From: a virus
Lineage: Duplodnaviria > Caudoviricetes
Reading direction: 5' to 3' (one strand)
Virus record (IMG/VR): IMGVR_UViG_3300033513_000007
Coordinates: 1-56,193 of that record
DNA: 56,193 bases
In this document: positions 24,729-34,181 of the stretch, one piece after another
Layout of the letters: each line of letters opens with the position of its first letter
Numbering within the stretch: the stretch's first letter is position 1
Program-made: the position numbers and the translations under genes
The notes under the pieces: generated by a model
Databases searched by the model: none
What the model was told of the DNA's origin: nothing
The model's input: the letters and a program-made list of their open reading frames with translations, nothing else

Positions 24729-24877
24729 TCCGGCGCAGAGAAGTAAGAGACGAGCGTCCTCCGAACCTCGCCGTCAATCAGGGGGCTTTTTTGAGGGCAC
24801 TATATCCTTCGTGGATCGCCGGCACTGCCGGCGCCCTCAACAAAGCCTTTCATCAACAACCACAGAAGGACAACATC

Positions 24878-25339
24878 ATGCTTGAAGAGAAAGTCGAAGC
24901 GCTTACCACCGCCGTCAATGCCCTGACCAAAGCCCTCGAAAACCAGACCGCCACGATTTCCAGCATGCTCGCTGCCGGCGCCACCGCCAAGGCTTGCGCC
25001 GGTTCCTGCAAGGGTGATGCCCCGCAGGAGGGGGCGGCGAAGACCACGGGAAAGTCTGTCCAGACGGAGAAGTCTGCGGCTACCCGAACTACTGCAACCA
25101 AGACCGCTGCTGCCGAGACGAAGGCCGCAAGCTCCGAGGCGATTGACTTCGCGGAGCAAATCCAAAAGCCCATCGTCAAGCTCGCCGGCTCCGGGCACAA
25201 GACCGAAGCGCTGATGATCCTCAAGGAATGCGGCAACGCGCCCAAGGCTTCGGAAATGGACGCCAAGTTCTACGCCAAGGCCGTCGAACTGATCGCGGCG
25301 ACGAACGCCAAGATCGAAAGCGAAGGGAGCATCGCGTGA
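24878..25339 (+). CDS. Ala/Lys-rich protein upstream of DUF2800
   Basis: AAGGA RBS at MLEEKVEALT; typical of APSE-like replication modules. Confidence 0.7.
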   Translation: MLEEKVEALTTAVNALTKALENQTATISSMLAAGATAKACAGSCKGDAPQEGAAKTTGKSVQTEKSAATRTTATKTAAAETKAASSEAIDFAEQIQKPIVKLAGSGHKTEALMILKECGNAPKASEMDAKFYAKAVELIAATNAKIESEGSIA

Positions 25340-25629
25340 GAACGGACTACCAAGCCTTCAAGCGCGCGAAGGCCATGATGTCCGCAGTCTTCGCGGCGAT
25401 GAACTCGCCCAACTCGATGGAGGAGTTGGCGAAGATCGGCCCATATAAGTCGCGCGGCAAGGGCCGGAACAAGCCGTTCATAAAGTCGTGCCTGTCTCGT
25501 GCGGCCAACCACACCGGCCATACCTACCCGCACGACAGCGACCGCGAACGCGAGCGCCGGCAACGTCAAGCCTTTGCGCGAGAAGTCAAGGCGTGGAAGG
25601 GGCTGGCCTTCAAGGGGGTGTCCGAATGA
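25336..25629 (+). CDS. Basic hypothetical protein
   Basis: GTGA coupling; IGPYKSRGKGR. Confidence 0.55.
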   Translation: MRTDYQAFKRAKAMMSAVFAAMNSPNSMEELAKIGPYKSRGKGRNKPFIKSCLSRAANHTGHTYPHDSDRERERRQRQAFAREVKAWKGLAFKGVSE

Positions 25630-26981
25630 GCCAACATGCCAAACTCATGGCTCCGTCCGCTGCCGAGAAGTGGTCGAATTGTGCCGGCGCCCCCGCGATG
25701 GAAGAGGGCATCCCCGACGAGAGCAGCATCGAAGCCGACGAGGGTTCGGCTGCTCACTTCTTGGGGGCAATCTGCCTGAACAAGAACCAAGACCCGGTGG
25801 CTTTCATTCGCAAGGAAATTCTTGTCGGGCATCATGAGGCATCGGACTCGGACTTCGCGGTCTTCGCCGAAGAAGTCACGGACCTGCAACGCGCGGAGCT
25901 ATCCGTTCGCCATACATTCATAGTCGATGAAGGCATGGTGTCCGCCGTGCGCAAGTACGTGCAGCGCACGCAGAAGGCGGCGGAAGGCGGCGAGTTGATG
26001 ATCGAGCGCAAGCTGGACATCAGCATGATTACCGGCGAGGAAGGGGCTAGTGGTACGGGCGATGCGGTCATCATTCTCCCCGGAGAGTTGCAAGTCCGCG
26101 ACCTCAAGTATGGTGTTGGCATCCGCGTGTTCGCGCCCAACAACAAGCAACTCCTGATCTACGTGCTGGCTGCGTACCACGAGTTCAGTCCGTTCGCGGA
26201 CTTCGAGCGCGTCCGCATCGTCATCCACCAGCCGCGCATCAGCGCCGAACCTGACGAGTGGGTCATCACCGTCGATGAACTTCTTGAGTTCGAGAAGGAA
26301 ATCATGGGCCGCGCGGCGGATGTTCGGATCGCCTACGAGTTCCGGGCCAACTGGGTGGATACCCCGAATCTTCAGTACCTCTCCCCCGGCGCGGAACAAT
26401 GCCGCTGGTGCAGGGCCAAGGACAACGGCAAGTGCCCCGCGTTCGACAAGGCGGCGATGGAAGCAGTCGTCGGTGCCTTTGAGAATCTGGACGCAGACGC
26501 CACGCCCGAGACGGCGATCAAGGAAGCTACCGCCGTCGTAGCGGTGTCGGAAGATGCTGCCGTACTATCAGCCAAGTTCCTGTCCGTGCCGCTGGTGAAG
26601 ATGTGGTGCGATACCGTAGAGAAGCGGGCGTCTGCGGTGGCTCTGTCAGGCATCAAGCTGCCGGGGTTGAAGGTTGTGCAAGGCCGCGAGGGCAACCGCG
26701 CATGGGGCGACCCTGCCGCAGTCGAAGCCGAACTCAAGGCGAAGCGGCTGAAGCAGGACGATATGTACGACAAGAAGTTGATCGGCCCCGCTACCGCCGA
26801 GAAGCGCTTCGGTGAAGGCGGCACGATGTCGAACCCGAAACTCTGGACGAAACTTCAGACGCTCATCACGCGCGCTGCCGGCGCAAAGTCCTTGGTCCCC
26901 GAGTCAGACCGCCGCCCCGAAGTTGATACGAACGTCGCCGCTCAATTCGAGAACTTGGACGACGGTAGCGAACTGGCATAA
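25626..26981 (+). CDS. DUF2800 PD-(D/E)XK (Cas4-like) exonuclease
   Basis: HA.L.PS...W..C, EG..AH, GT.D, DLKYG.G, QPR, C..C motifs. Confidence 0.88.
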   Translation: MSQHAKLMAPSAAEKWSNCAGAPAMEEGIPDESSIEADEGSAAHFLGAICLNKNQDPVAFIRKEILVGHHEASDSDFAVFAEEVTDLQRAELSVRHTFIVDEGMVSAVRKYVQRTQKAAEGGELMIERKLDISMITGEEGASGTGDAVIILPGELQVRDLKYGVGIRVFAPNNKQLLIYVLAAYHEFSPFADFERVRIVIHQPRISAEPDEWVITVDELLEFEKEIMGRAADVRIAYEFRANWVDTPNLQYLSPGAEQCRWCRAKDNGKCPAFDKAAMEAVVGAFENLDADATPETAIKEATAVVAVSEDAAVLSAKFLSVPLVKMWCDTVEKRASAVALSGIKLPGLKVVQGREGNRAWGDPAAVEAELKAKRLKQDDMYDKKLIGPATAEKRFGEGGTMSNPKLWTKLQTLITRAAGAKSLVPESDRRPEVDTNVAAQFENLDDGSELA

Positions 26982-26991
26982 GGACAAAGAC

Positions 26992-27138
26992 ATGTTACAC
27001 AAATCTGACAATCTCATCGAACGGACGGCACGGCGCTACGGCGGAAGGTCCATCACCGAACATGTTCGGCGGGAGACGTGGTGGTTGTTCTGGATCATCC
27101 CTCTGTATTCGCGCGACACGAATCTCTCCATCAACTAA
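26992..27138 (+). CDS. Small hypothetical protein
   Basis: AAGGA RBS; WWLFWIIPLY. Confidence 0.5.
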   Translation: MLHKSDNLIERTARRYGGRSITEHVRRETWWLFWIIPLYSRDTNLSIN

Positions 27139-27150
27139 GAGAAAAACACC

Positions 27151-27285
27151 ATGCTCCCCGTTGCAACACTTCTTCCGCCTCGTGCGCGTGCGATCCTCAT
27201 CGCTGCGGCTACCACGCACAAGATCGCGGAAATCAATGCCGCGATCTACGCGGTGAAAAAGCTGTACCCTCAATTCTTCCGGTAA
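27151..27285 (+). CDS. Small hypothetical protein
   Basis: 44 aa ending YPQFFR. Confidence 0.45.
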   Translation: MLPVATLLPPRARAILIAAATTHKIAEINAAIYAVKKLYPQFFR

Positions 27286-27296
27286 AGGAACCAACC

Positions 27297-27887
27297 ATGA
27301 CGCAAAAAGTAACCCTCCGCAATGTTCGCCAATCCTTTATGGACTACTTCGTCGCCAAGGAATTCAAGACCGGCGACGGTAAGCCGCGCTTCAATAGCAC
27401 GGTCATTGTCGAACCCGGCAGCGACAACGACAAGGCCATCAGGGCGGCGATCAGCGCCGAAATGAAGGAAGTCTTCGGTGACAAGGCCAAGTCGTACTAC
27501 GACTCGTTCAAGGGCAACAGCCAGAAGTGCGCCTACTATGACGGCACGCCGATTGCCGATATGAAGGGCGACTCCTACGAGGACTATCGCGGCAAGATGA
27601 TTCTTGCGGCACATACCAAGGTGCGCCCCACCGTCATCGACCGCGACAAGACCCCGCTCACTGTCGCCGATGGCAAGCCGTATTCCGGCTGCTATGTCAA
27701 TCTCATCGTGGAAATCTACGGGCAGAAGGGCGAGAACCCCGGCCTACGCGCTTCGTTCAGCGGCGCCCAATTCGTGAAGGACGGCAAGGCGTTCGGCGGT
27801 GGCCGTGCTGCGGACCCGAACGAGTTCGAGGACTTGGGCATGGACGAAGGCGGCGGTAGCACCGATAGCGACTTCGACATCGGCTGA
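27297..27887 (+). CDS. ssb: Single-stranded DNA-binding protein (DUF2815 / gp2.5-like)
   Basis: LRNVR.SF, PYSGCYVN, QFVKDG..FGGG motifs; acidic tail. Confidence 0.85.
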   Translation: MTQKVTLRNVRQSFMDYFVAKEFKTGDGKPRFNSTVIVEPGSDNDKAIRAAISAEMKEVFGDKAKSYYDSFKGNSQKCAYYDGTPIADMKGDSYEDYRGKMILAAHTKVRPTVIDRDKTPLTVADGKPYSGCYVNLIVEIYGQKGENPGLRASFSGAQFVKDGKAFGGGRAADPNEFEDLGMDEGGGSTDSDFDIG

Positions 27888-27898
27888 TCCAACAGTCG

Positions 27899-28098
27899 CT
27901 ATTCTGTAGCCCCGTGACAGGGGGCTATGTAATAGTGGGGGCGGGAAGCTCCTAGTGTTACCAACCTTCGACTGGCCTCGAAGTAATGGACCCGGATGGC
28001 AAAGCGGCTGTGCCCACGAGAATAGCTTCACCGCCGCTGCGCGCAACGTGTTTTCCTGCCAGCAATCATAATGACACGGAATCCGGGTAATCGGCCAG
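27899..28098 (+). ncRNA. Candidate structured RNA in the ssb-polA interval
   Basis: Hairpin 27907-27927, then nested stems CTGGCC/GGCCAG, ACCCGGAT/ATCCGGGT, GCGGC/GCCGC, CGTGTT/GACACG. Confidence 0.4.
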
Positions 28099-28120
28099 CA
28101 TCATCTAACAGGAGTACGAA

Positions 28121-28357
28121 ATGAAAACGCTAGCGCAATACCAAAAAGGCATGCCCCCAGAAGTAAAGGCCAAACACGATGCTATGACGGCGGCCCGCGC
28201 ACGCCACGAAGAAGCATTGCTTCGCAACGAGAGCCTAAAGTGCGCGTACTTCGGTAATGATTGCCCGATGCGAGGACCGGACGGGCTTATGCAAGCGTCT
28301 AATAATTTCGAGGAACGGGCAAACTATTTCAAGCTGCTTGCTGAGTCGAAGGAATGA
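28121..28357 (+). CDS. Hypothetical protein
   Basis: AGGAG RBS; overlaps the polA start. Confidence 0.6.
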   Translation: MKTLAQYQKGMPPEVKAKHDAMTAARARHEEALLRNESLKCAYFGNDCPMRGPDGLMQASNNFEERANYFKLLAESKE

Positions 28358-30546
28358 TCGAGTTCGAGAAGCTGTGGTTCGACACGGAGACGTATTCCGA
28401 GGTACCTATCGAACACGGCACTTACAAGTACGCGGAGAACGCCGAGGTCATGACGTACCAATACGCCATAGACGACGGCCCCGCGTATGTGATCGACTTG
28501 ACGGAAGGCCACCCCATCGATTTGGAGTTGCTGGAATATCTGCTGAATAGCGCGGAAATCGTCGAAGCCCACAATGCCATGTTCGACAGGAACGTCCTGC
28601 GACTTGGCAATCTCAAGATCGACATACCCATCAAGAAGTGGCGCTGCTCGATGGTCAAGGCGCTGGCCCACGGCCTGCCCGGTAGCCTCGATAAACTGTG
28701 CGGCATTCTCAACGTACCGCAAGACCTCGCCAAGGTCAAAGATGGGCGCCGGCTTATCCATCTGTTCTGCAAGCCGCGCCCCAAGAACATGAAGTTGCGC
28801 CGCGCAACGCGCGAGTCGCACCCCCTCGATTGGGAAATGTTCCTTGAATATGGACGCATGGACATCCCCTCTATGCGCGCGGTGTCGAACCTGCTACCGT
28901 CGTGGAACTACGGCGAAGTCGGGGCCGGGGCCAAGGAACGCGACCTCTGGTTCCTCGATCAAGAAATGAACGACCGTGGCGTGCCCATCGACTTGGACTT
29001 GGTACAGGCCGCTATCCGCGCCACTGACGACGAACAGGCCCGCCTCAAGAAGCGGGTGCAGGTAGCCACCCGCGATCAGGTGGATGCGGCAACCCAGCGC
29101 GACAAGTTGATCGAGTTCATCTTCGCGGAGTACGGTATCGGTCTTGCCGATATGACGAAGGCCACCATCACCAAGATGCTGGACCGCGACGATCTGGACC
29201 CCGAGTTGGTGGAGTTGTTGCGCATGCGGCAACAGGCCAGCAAGTCCAGCACGGCCAAGTATAAGACCTTCGCCAATGCCGTCAATAAGGACGGTAAGCT
29301 GCGCGGCATGATTCAGTTCGACGGCGCCAGCCGCACGCGCAGGGATGCAGGCCGCAAGCCGCAGTTGCAGAATCTCGCCAGTCGCGGGCTGTTGAAACAG
29401 AAGCAGATCGAGATAGGCATCGAAGCCATGTTGGCCGGCTGCGAAGAAATTGTCTTTGATGACGTGATGTTACTGACGGCCAGCACGATACGCTCGGTCA
29501 TCGTGCCCGGTGCCGGCAAGAAACTCGTTGTGCCCGACTTGGCGAACATCGAAGGGCGTGGCCTCGCATGGGAAGCCGGCGAGGAATGGAAGCTGCAAGC
29601 GTTCCGCGATTACGACACGCTGCTAGGCGCCGATGGCAAGTGGCATACCGGGCCGGAAATCTACGACGCGATCCTGCGGCGCGAACCGATTGAGATACCG
29701 CTTGACGACGAGGGCGAACCTACGCGCTTCGGTCCTGACCTCTACAAGCTGGCGTATGCCAAGGCGATGCGTATCGCCGTGGGGGAAGTGACGAAGGACG
29801 AGCGCAAGATCGGGAAGGTCATGGAGTTGGGGCTTGGCTACATGGGCGGCATCCATGCCTTCGTGACGTTCGCGCTGGTCTATCAACTCGACCTTGAAGA
29901 AATGGCGAAGCGTGCATGGGACGCGATCCCGAACGACATGATCCTCGAAGCCACCGACTTCGTGGCGTGGCTCGAAGACAAAGGCGGTAGCTGGCCGATG
30001 TCTCGTAAAGCTGTGATCGTTTGCGAATCGTTCAAGCGCATGTGGCGCGCGGCACACCCGAAGACGGTGGCCCTCGCCAAGAACATGGAAGAGAACTGGG
30101 TGCTGGCGACGGAGAATCCCGGCGAGACATTCAAGTACGGCAAGTTCCAATTCCGCCGCGACAACGCATGGACACGCATCAAGTTGCCGAGTGGCCGGTT
30201 CCTATGCTACCCGCATCCAAAGGTGGAGGGCGGCGAGTTGTCCTTCTTGGGGTTGAACCAATACTCACACCAATGGGGCCGGGTGAAGACATACACCGGC
30301 AAGCTGGCGGAGAACGCCACGCAAAGCACGGCGAGGGATTTCATGTTCGATGCCTTGTACGGCATCGCGGGTGCCGGCTACGACTTGGTATTCCGAGTGC
30401 ATGATGAGACGCCCGCCGTCGCACCTGATCGCCCCGAGTTCAACATCGATCATATGTGTGCGCTGCTTGCGAAGCCCCCCGATTGGGCGCCTGACATGCC
30501 GCTCGCTGCGGCGGGCTTCGAGGGGTATCGCTACAGAAAGGACTAG
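28354..30546 (+). CDS. polA: DNA polymerase family A (APSE-like) with 3'-5' exonuclease
   Basis: ExoI DTETYS, ExoII HNAMFDR, motif A DLANIEGR, motif B RKIGKVMELGLGY, motif C VHDE. Confidence 0.95.
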   Translation: MIEFEKLWFDTETYSEVPIEHGTYKYAENAEVMTYQYAIDDGPAYVIDLTEGHPIDLELLEYLLNSAEIVEAHNAMFDRNVLRLGNLKIDIPIKKWRCSMVKALAHGLPGSLDKLCGILNVPQDLAKVKDGRRLIHLFCKPRPKNMKLRRATRESHPLDWEMFLEYGRMDIPSMRAVSNLLPSWNYGEVGAGAKERDLWFLDQEMNDRGVPIDLDLVQAAIRATDDEQARLKKRVQVATRDQVDAATQRDKLIEFIFAEYGIGLADMTKATITKMLDRDDLDPELVELLRMRQQASKSSTAKYKTFANAVNKDGKLRGMIQFDGASRTRRDAGRKPQLQNLASRGLLKQKQIEIGIEAMLAGCEEIVFDDVMLLTASTIRSVIVPGAGKKLVVPDLANIEGRGLAWEAGEEWKLQAFRDYDTLLGADGKWHTGPEIYDAILRREPIEIPLDDEGEPTRFGPDLYKLAYAKAMRIAVGEVTKDERKIGKVMELGLGYMGGIHAFVTFALVYQLDLEEMAKRAWDAIPNDMILEATDFVAWLEDKGGSWPMSRKAVIVCESFKRMWRAAHPKTVALAKNMEENWVLATENPGETFKYGKFQFRRDNAWTRIKLPSGRFLCYPHPKVEGGELSFLGLNQYSHQWGRVKTYTGKLAENATQSTARDFMFDALYGIAGAGYDLVFRVHDETPAVAPDRPEFNIDHMCALLAKPPDWAPDMPLAAAGFEGYRYRKD

Positions 30547-30549
30547 GAC

Positions 30550-30741
30550 ATGCGTAAGTTCATAATAGATATGTTGGACATGGCTGCGCAAGGGGCTAAG
30601 GTGATGAAGCGTCCCGACAAAGATTACGATTGGTACAGTTGCATTCACCCCACTGAGCCTAGATTAGTCTGTGTTCGCTTCGCCAAGAGAGCGTCCTTGA
30701 CAAATGATGTAGAAGCGCCTACAGTTTGTAGGAACAAATAA
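30550..30741 (+). CDS. Hypothetical protein
   Basis: Follows polA. Confidence 0.4.
   Translation: MRKFIIDMLDMAAQGAKVMKRPDKDYDWYSCIHPTEPRLVCVRFAKRASLTNDVEAPTVCRNK
30697..30725 (+). promoter_or_regulatory. Sigma70 promoter
   Basis: TTGACA-17-TACAGT, the same hexamers as the promoter at 24032-24060. Confidence 0.65.
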
Positions 30742-30753
30742 CGGACCCGCATC

Positions 30754-31026
30754 ATGAGCAAGGAATTCACAGACATGCGTCGGTACTTCGAGACTCACAA
30801 AGAAGATGAGGGCGCATCCCCCGTCTGTTGGGATGAATCAACCGCCCTCAAGCCCTTCAACTCGCACGATCTGGTGGCCTACTATCACCGCCAATCACCC
30901 GCCATGCAGGGGGCATTGAAGTCCTTCTGGCGAACGCTGTGCAGCATACCCCACGCCGGTCGCGTCTTCGATGAAGCCCTTGGCCTCATCCACCATGAGC
31001 AACATCACACCTTCGCCCCTTTTTGA
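30754..31026 (+). CDS. Hypothetical protein
   Basis: ORF downstream of the promoter. Confidence 0.55.
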   Translation: MSKEFTDMRRYFETHKEDEGASPVCWDESTALKPFNSHDLVAYYHRQSPAMQGALKSFWRTLCSIPHAGRVFDEALGLIHHEQHHTFAPF

Positions 31027-31114
31027 CATCCTCGTCGCGGGGATGTTTTTTACCGGCGCGTTCTCCCTTGCGCTTTTTGCTTTGTTCGATTACATAAAAG
31101 CGGTCCTGCAAGAC

Positions 31115-31447
31115 ATGAAAGAATCAGACATCGAAGACTACCTCAAACAGCGCGTCGAACAACTCGGCGGCGAGGTCCGCAAGACCCGATGGATCGGTCG
31201 CAGCAAAGCCCCCGACCGCTTCGTGATGATGTCATGCACATACCACCCAACACGCGGGACTTTCACCTATGCGCCTTGGACCGTTTGGGTCGAAGTGAAA
31301 GCCCCCGGCAAGAAGGCCACGTTCCCCTCCAATGCCCACGAGCGCGCGCAACAGCGCGAGCATGAGCGCATGCGTGCGTTCGGCCTTCGGGTCGAGGTCA
31401 TCGACTCAAAGCGAGACGTGGATCAATTACTAGGGGGCAAGCCGTGA
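31115..31447 (+). CDS. VRR-NUC domain nuclease
   Basis: MKESDIE, APDR, WVEVKAPG, Q.REH..MR..G..V.VIDS. Confidence 0.88.
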   Translation: MKESDIEDYLKQRVEQLGGEVRKTRWIGRSKAPDRFVMMSCTYHPTRGTFTYAPWTVWVEVKAPGKKATFPSNAHERAQQREHERMRAFGLRVEVIDSKRDVDQLLGGKP

Positions 31448-31779
31448 CCTACTGCAAGCTCGGTGATCGAGCGATCATCATCCACAGTGCGGCGGGCAAC
31501 GAAGGCAAAATCGTCAAGGTCGTCTTCAACCTTGGCTACCACACCGACATGTTCAAGTATCAAGGCCGGTACATCTGCTATCTACCGGCCAGCGGTCAAA
31601 TGTGGGAAGTCGAAAGCGAAGGCTTCCCTCTCCGTAGTACCATCGGCCCACCCTCACAATCCGGTCCTCTTCCTGATGTATGGCTCCGCCCCTTGCCGAA
31701 GGTGGGCGAAGAAGAGAAGGAATCGGAGGTAAAGAAAAATCCGGTCGCCGTGGTGAAAACAAAAGCTGTTCATGGGTGA
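31444..31779 (+). CDS. Hypothetical protein
   Basis: CKLGD.AII...N.GKIV...D.WLRPL motif. Confidence 0.65.
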   Translation: MTYCKLGDRAIIIHSAAGNEGKIVKVVFNLGYHTDMFKYQGRYICYLPASGQMWEVESEGFPLRSTIGPPSQSGPLPDVWLRPLPKVGEEEKESEVKKNPVAVVKTKAVHG

Positions 31780-31819
31780 CAGTTATTCACGGCGGGTCGG
31801 ACTCTATTAGGATAATATC

Positions 31820-31999
31820 ATGACCGTTTCTTTTTGCTGGGTGTGTGGTGGGCGCTTGTTGGGGGAACGAATTGTCGTGCTTGACCGCCTCGGGCATTCG
31901 CACCCGATTCACGTTACCTGCGTGGATCAAGACGACGAGGACTTGCGGCCCGCCATCACGGCCCAGCCGCGCGAAGAACCCCGCCATCACGACGACTGA
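31820..31999 (+). CDS. Small Zn-finger-like protein
   Basis: CWVC...H..C; AGGA RBS. Confidence 0.45.
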   Translation: MTVSFCWVCGGRLLGERIVVLDRLGHSHPIHVTCVDQDDEDLRPAITAQPREEPRHHDD

Positions 32000-32001
32000 T
32001 C

Positions 32002-32373
32002 GTGAGAGCGAAACAGACGCTACGGCGGTTCGAGACGGACGCACCCCCGTCGCTTCCTTTGAACGCTGAATTCTCGAATAAGACTCCGCTGAGTAGAATA
32101 GCCGGCTATGTCCATTTGATGTGCCCGATATGTACGATAGGATTTACACGAAAGGCGGCAGAAGCAAAAAGGAATGCCGTTAGCTACTGTAGCCGCGCGT
32201 GTAAGGCAGTCGCAGAAAGAAGGCAGGTTGAGGTAAAGTGCCGAGTGTGCGCGAAGCCTTTCACAGTCAAACAGTCGCATGTCGGTCTTATAACTTGTTG
32301 CGGAGAAGAATGTCGGCGGAAGGTTTCGTCTGAAACCTTCGCTAGAATAAACGCGCGTAATAATCATGACTAG
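32002..32373 (+). CDS. Cys-rich Zn-ribbon repeat protein (HNH-associated type, no HNH motif seen)
   Basis: Two CxxC...(Y/C)CSxxC-like units. Confidence 0.6.
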   Translation: MRAKQTLRRFETDAPPSLPLNAEFSNKTPLSRIAGYVHLMCPICTIGFTRKAAEAKRNAVSYCSRACKAVAERRQVEVKCRVCAKPFTVKQSHVGLITCCGEECRRKVSSETFARINARNNHD

Positions 32374-32737
32374 CATTGCGTCTCACATCGAGGCAGCACT
32401 GCTCCTAATTCGTCCCAAGAGCGCGACCCCAACACAGATCGCCAAGTACGTCGGGTGTTCGAGGAAGACAGCCTGCCGGTTACTATACAACGCCCGGAAT
32501 GTAGGTATCTGCCACATCACGGGCTGGTGCCCCGAATTCCAAGGCATGCGCAATAGCTGGGTTCCTTTGTACGCACACGGGGCTGGCGCCGATGCAACGA
32601 AGCCGGCACCCCTATCCGCTTGGGAGAAGGTGCAGCAACGCAAGGCCCGCCGCCAGCGTGGCAAGCCGATAGTGCCCGAGGGCGTGCGAATCCTCAACAA
32701 CGTCATCCTGCTCTGGTCCCGCATCCGTGTGTCGTAA
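32366..32737 (+). CDS. Winged-HTH DNA-binding protein
   Basis: TPTQIAKYVGCSRKTA helix-turn-helix; Y..G.G.DA.KP. Confidence 0.65.
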   Translation: MTSIASHIEAALLLIRPKSATPTQIAKYVGCSRKTACRLLYNARNVGICHITGWCPEFQGMRNSWVPLYAHGAGADATKPAPLSAWEKVQQRKARRQRGKPIVPEGVRILNNVILLWSRIRVS

Positions 32738-34181
32738 AGAATTCACCCCCCGGCTGTGGCAACCCGCGATGGCCGAACACCTACTCAACTATGACCGGTG
32801 CGCGCTATGGGCCGGCATGGGCACGGGTAAAACGACCGTGGCTGAGAATTTCCTTGACGCCCTGTACCTTGGAGGGGAGAGCCACCCTACGCTCGTCCTT
32901 GGCCCGCTACGGGTCGCCCGCAACGTGTGGAGCAACGAGACGCTGAAGTGGGAACACCTTCGTAGCCTATCGGTCATTCCCATCGTAGGCAGCGAGAAAC
33001 AACGCCTCGAAGCGCTGCGCCATGATGCACCGGTCTTCACCACGAACTACGACAACCTGATCTGGCTGATCGAACATTACGGGGATCGCTGGCCCTTCCG
33101 CAACATCGTTGCCGACGAGGCCCGCCGCCTCGCCAGCCATCGCATTTCCGAACGGGTATCCACCATTGGCAAGATGTTCCTAGCCGGCCAAGGCGCCAAG
33201 CGCGCAGGAGCGCTCGCGCGTATCTCTTGGACCCACGTGAAGCGGTTCATCGAACTGACGGGCACGCCGGCCCCCAATGGCCTTGGCGATCTGTGGGGGC
33301 AACTCTGGTATCTGGACAAGGGTAGGCGGCTGGGCCGCACACACACCGACTTCCTGAAACGCTGGTTCTGCAAGGGCTACGACGGGTATAGCGTTGGGCC
33401 AAAAAGCGAGTACGTCAGCTCCGAAATACATGAATCTGTCAAAGATATATGCCTGACCATCGACATCCGCGACTACATCGATCTGGACGAGCCGATCATC
33501 AACGACATTTTCGTCGATCTGTCGCCGCAGGCCCGCAAGCTGTACCGCGAAATGGAAAAGGAAATGTTCATCCAGATCGAGGACCGCAACGTAGAGGCGT
33601 TCGGTGCAGCGGCAAAGACGCAGAAATGTTTGCAAATAGCGAATGGCGCCGTCTATGTCGATCCGCTGGCCGACAGCGATCAACACCCTCGGGCGAAGGA
33701 ATGGCGGCTCATCCATGACGAGAAGATCGAAGCGATGGAGTCGCTTGTCAGCGAACTGAGCGGCGCCCCACTGATCGTGTCCTACGAGTTTAAGTCCGAT
33801 CTGGCGCGGCTGGTGAAGGCGTTCCCCAAGGGCCGCGTGCTGAAGACGCACCGCGATGAGGAAGACTTCAAGATGGGCAAGCTACCCCTCCTGTTCATGC
33901 ACCCGCAGAGTGGCGGCTACGGCCTCGATGGCTTCCAGAAGGTATGCAACAACATCTGTTTTTTCGGGCACAATTGGTCGCTGGAAAACTATCAGCAGAT
34001 CATCGAACGCATCGGCCCGACACGTCAATACCAAGAGAACCCGGAAAACCCCCTGCCCGTGTTCATCCACCGCATTATCGCGCGGCAGACAGTGGATGAA
34101 CTTGTCATTGAACGGCAGGAGACGAAGCGCGAGACGCAGGACATTCTGCTGGACGCCTGCAAGCGCTGGAAGAAAAGCTAG
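32727..34181 (+). CDS. SNF2-like helicase
   Basis: MGTGKT, IVADEA, LTGTP, HPQSGGYGLD, Q...RI. Confidence 0.9.
   Translation: MCRKEFTPRLWQPAMAEHLLNYDRCALWAGMGTGKTTVAENFLDALYLGGESHPTLVLGPLRVARNVWSNETLKWEHLRSLSVIPIVGSEKQRLEALRHDAPVFTTNYDNLIWLIEHYGDRWPFRNIVADEARRLASHRISERVSTIGKMFLAGQGAKRAGALARISWTHVKRFIELTGTPAPNGLGDLWGQLWYLDKGRRLGRTHTDFLKRWFCKGYDGYSVGPKSEYVSSEIHESVKDICLTIDIRDYIDLDEPIINDIFVDLSPQARKLYREMEKEMFIQIEDRNVEAFGAAAKTQKCLQIANGAVYVDPLADSDQHPRAKEWRLIHDEKIEAMESLVSELSGAPLIVSYEFKSDLARLVKAFPKGRVLKTHRDEEDFKMGKLPLLFMHPQSGGYGLDGFQKVCNNICFFGHNWSLENYQQIIERIGPTRQYQENPENPLPVFIHRIIARQTVDELVIERQETKRETQDILLDACKRWKKS

Noticed and set aside
25626-26981. CRISPR-associated Cas4
   Set aside because: Sits in the standard DUF2800-SSB-PolA replication module; no cas1/cas2 or array
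27899-28098. tRNA or group I intron
   Set aside because: No T-loop/anticodon cloverleaf or recognisable intron core; flanking genes are uninterrupted
32002-32373. HNH homing endonuclease
   Set aside because: Only the Cys-rich accessory repeats are present; no HNH catalytic motif
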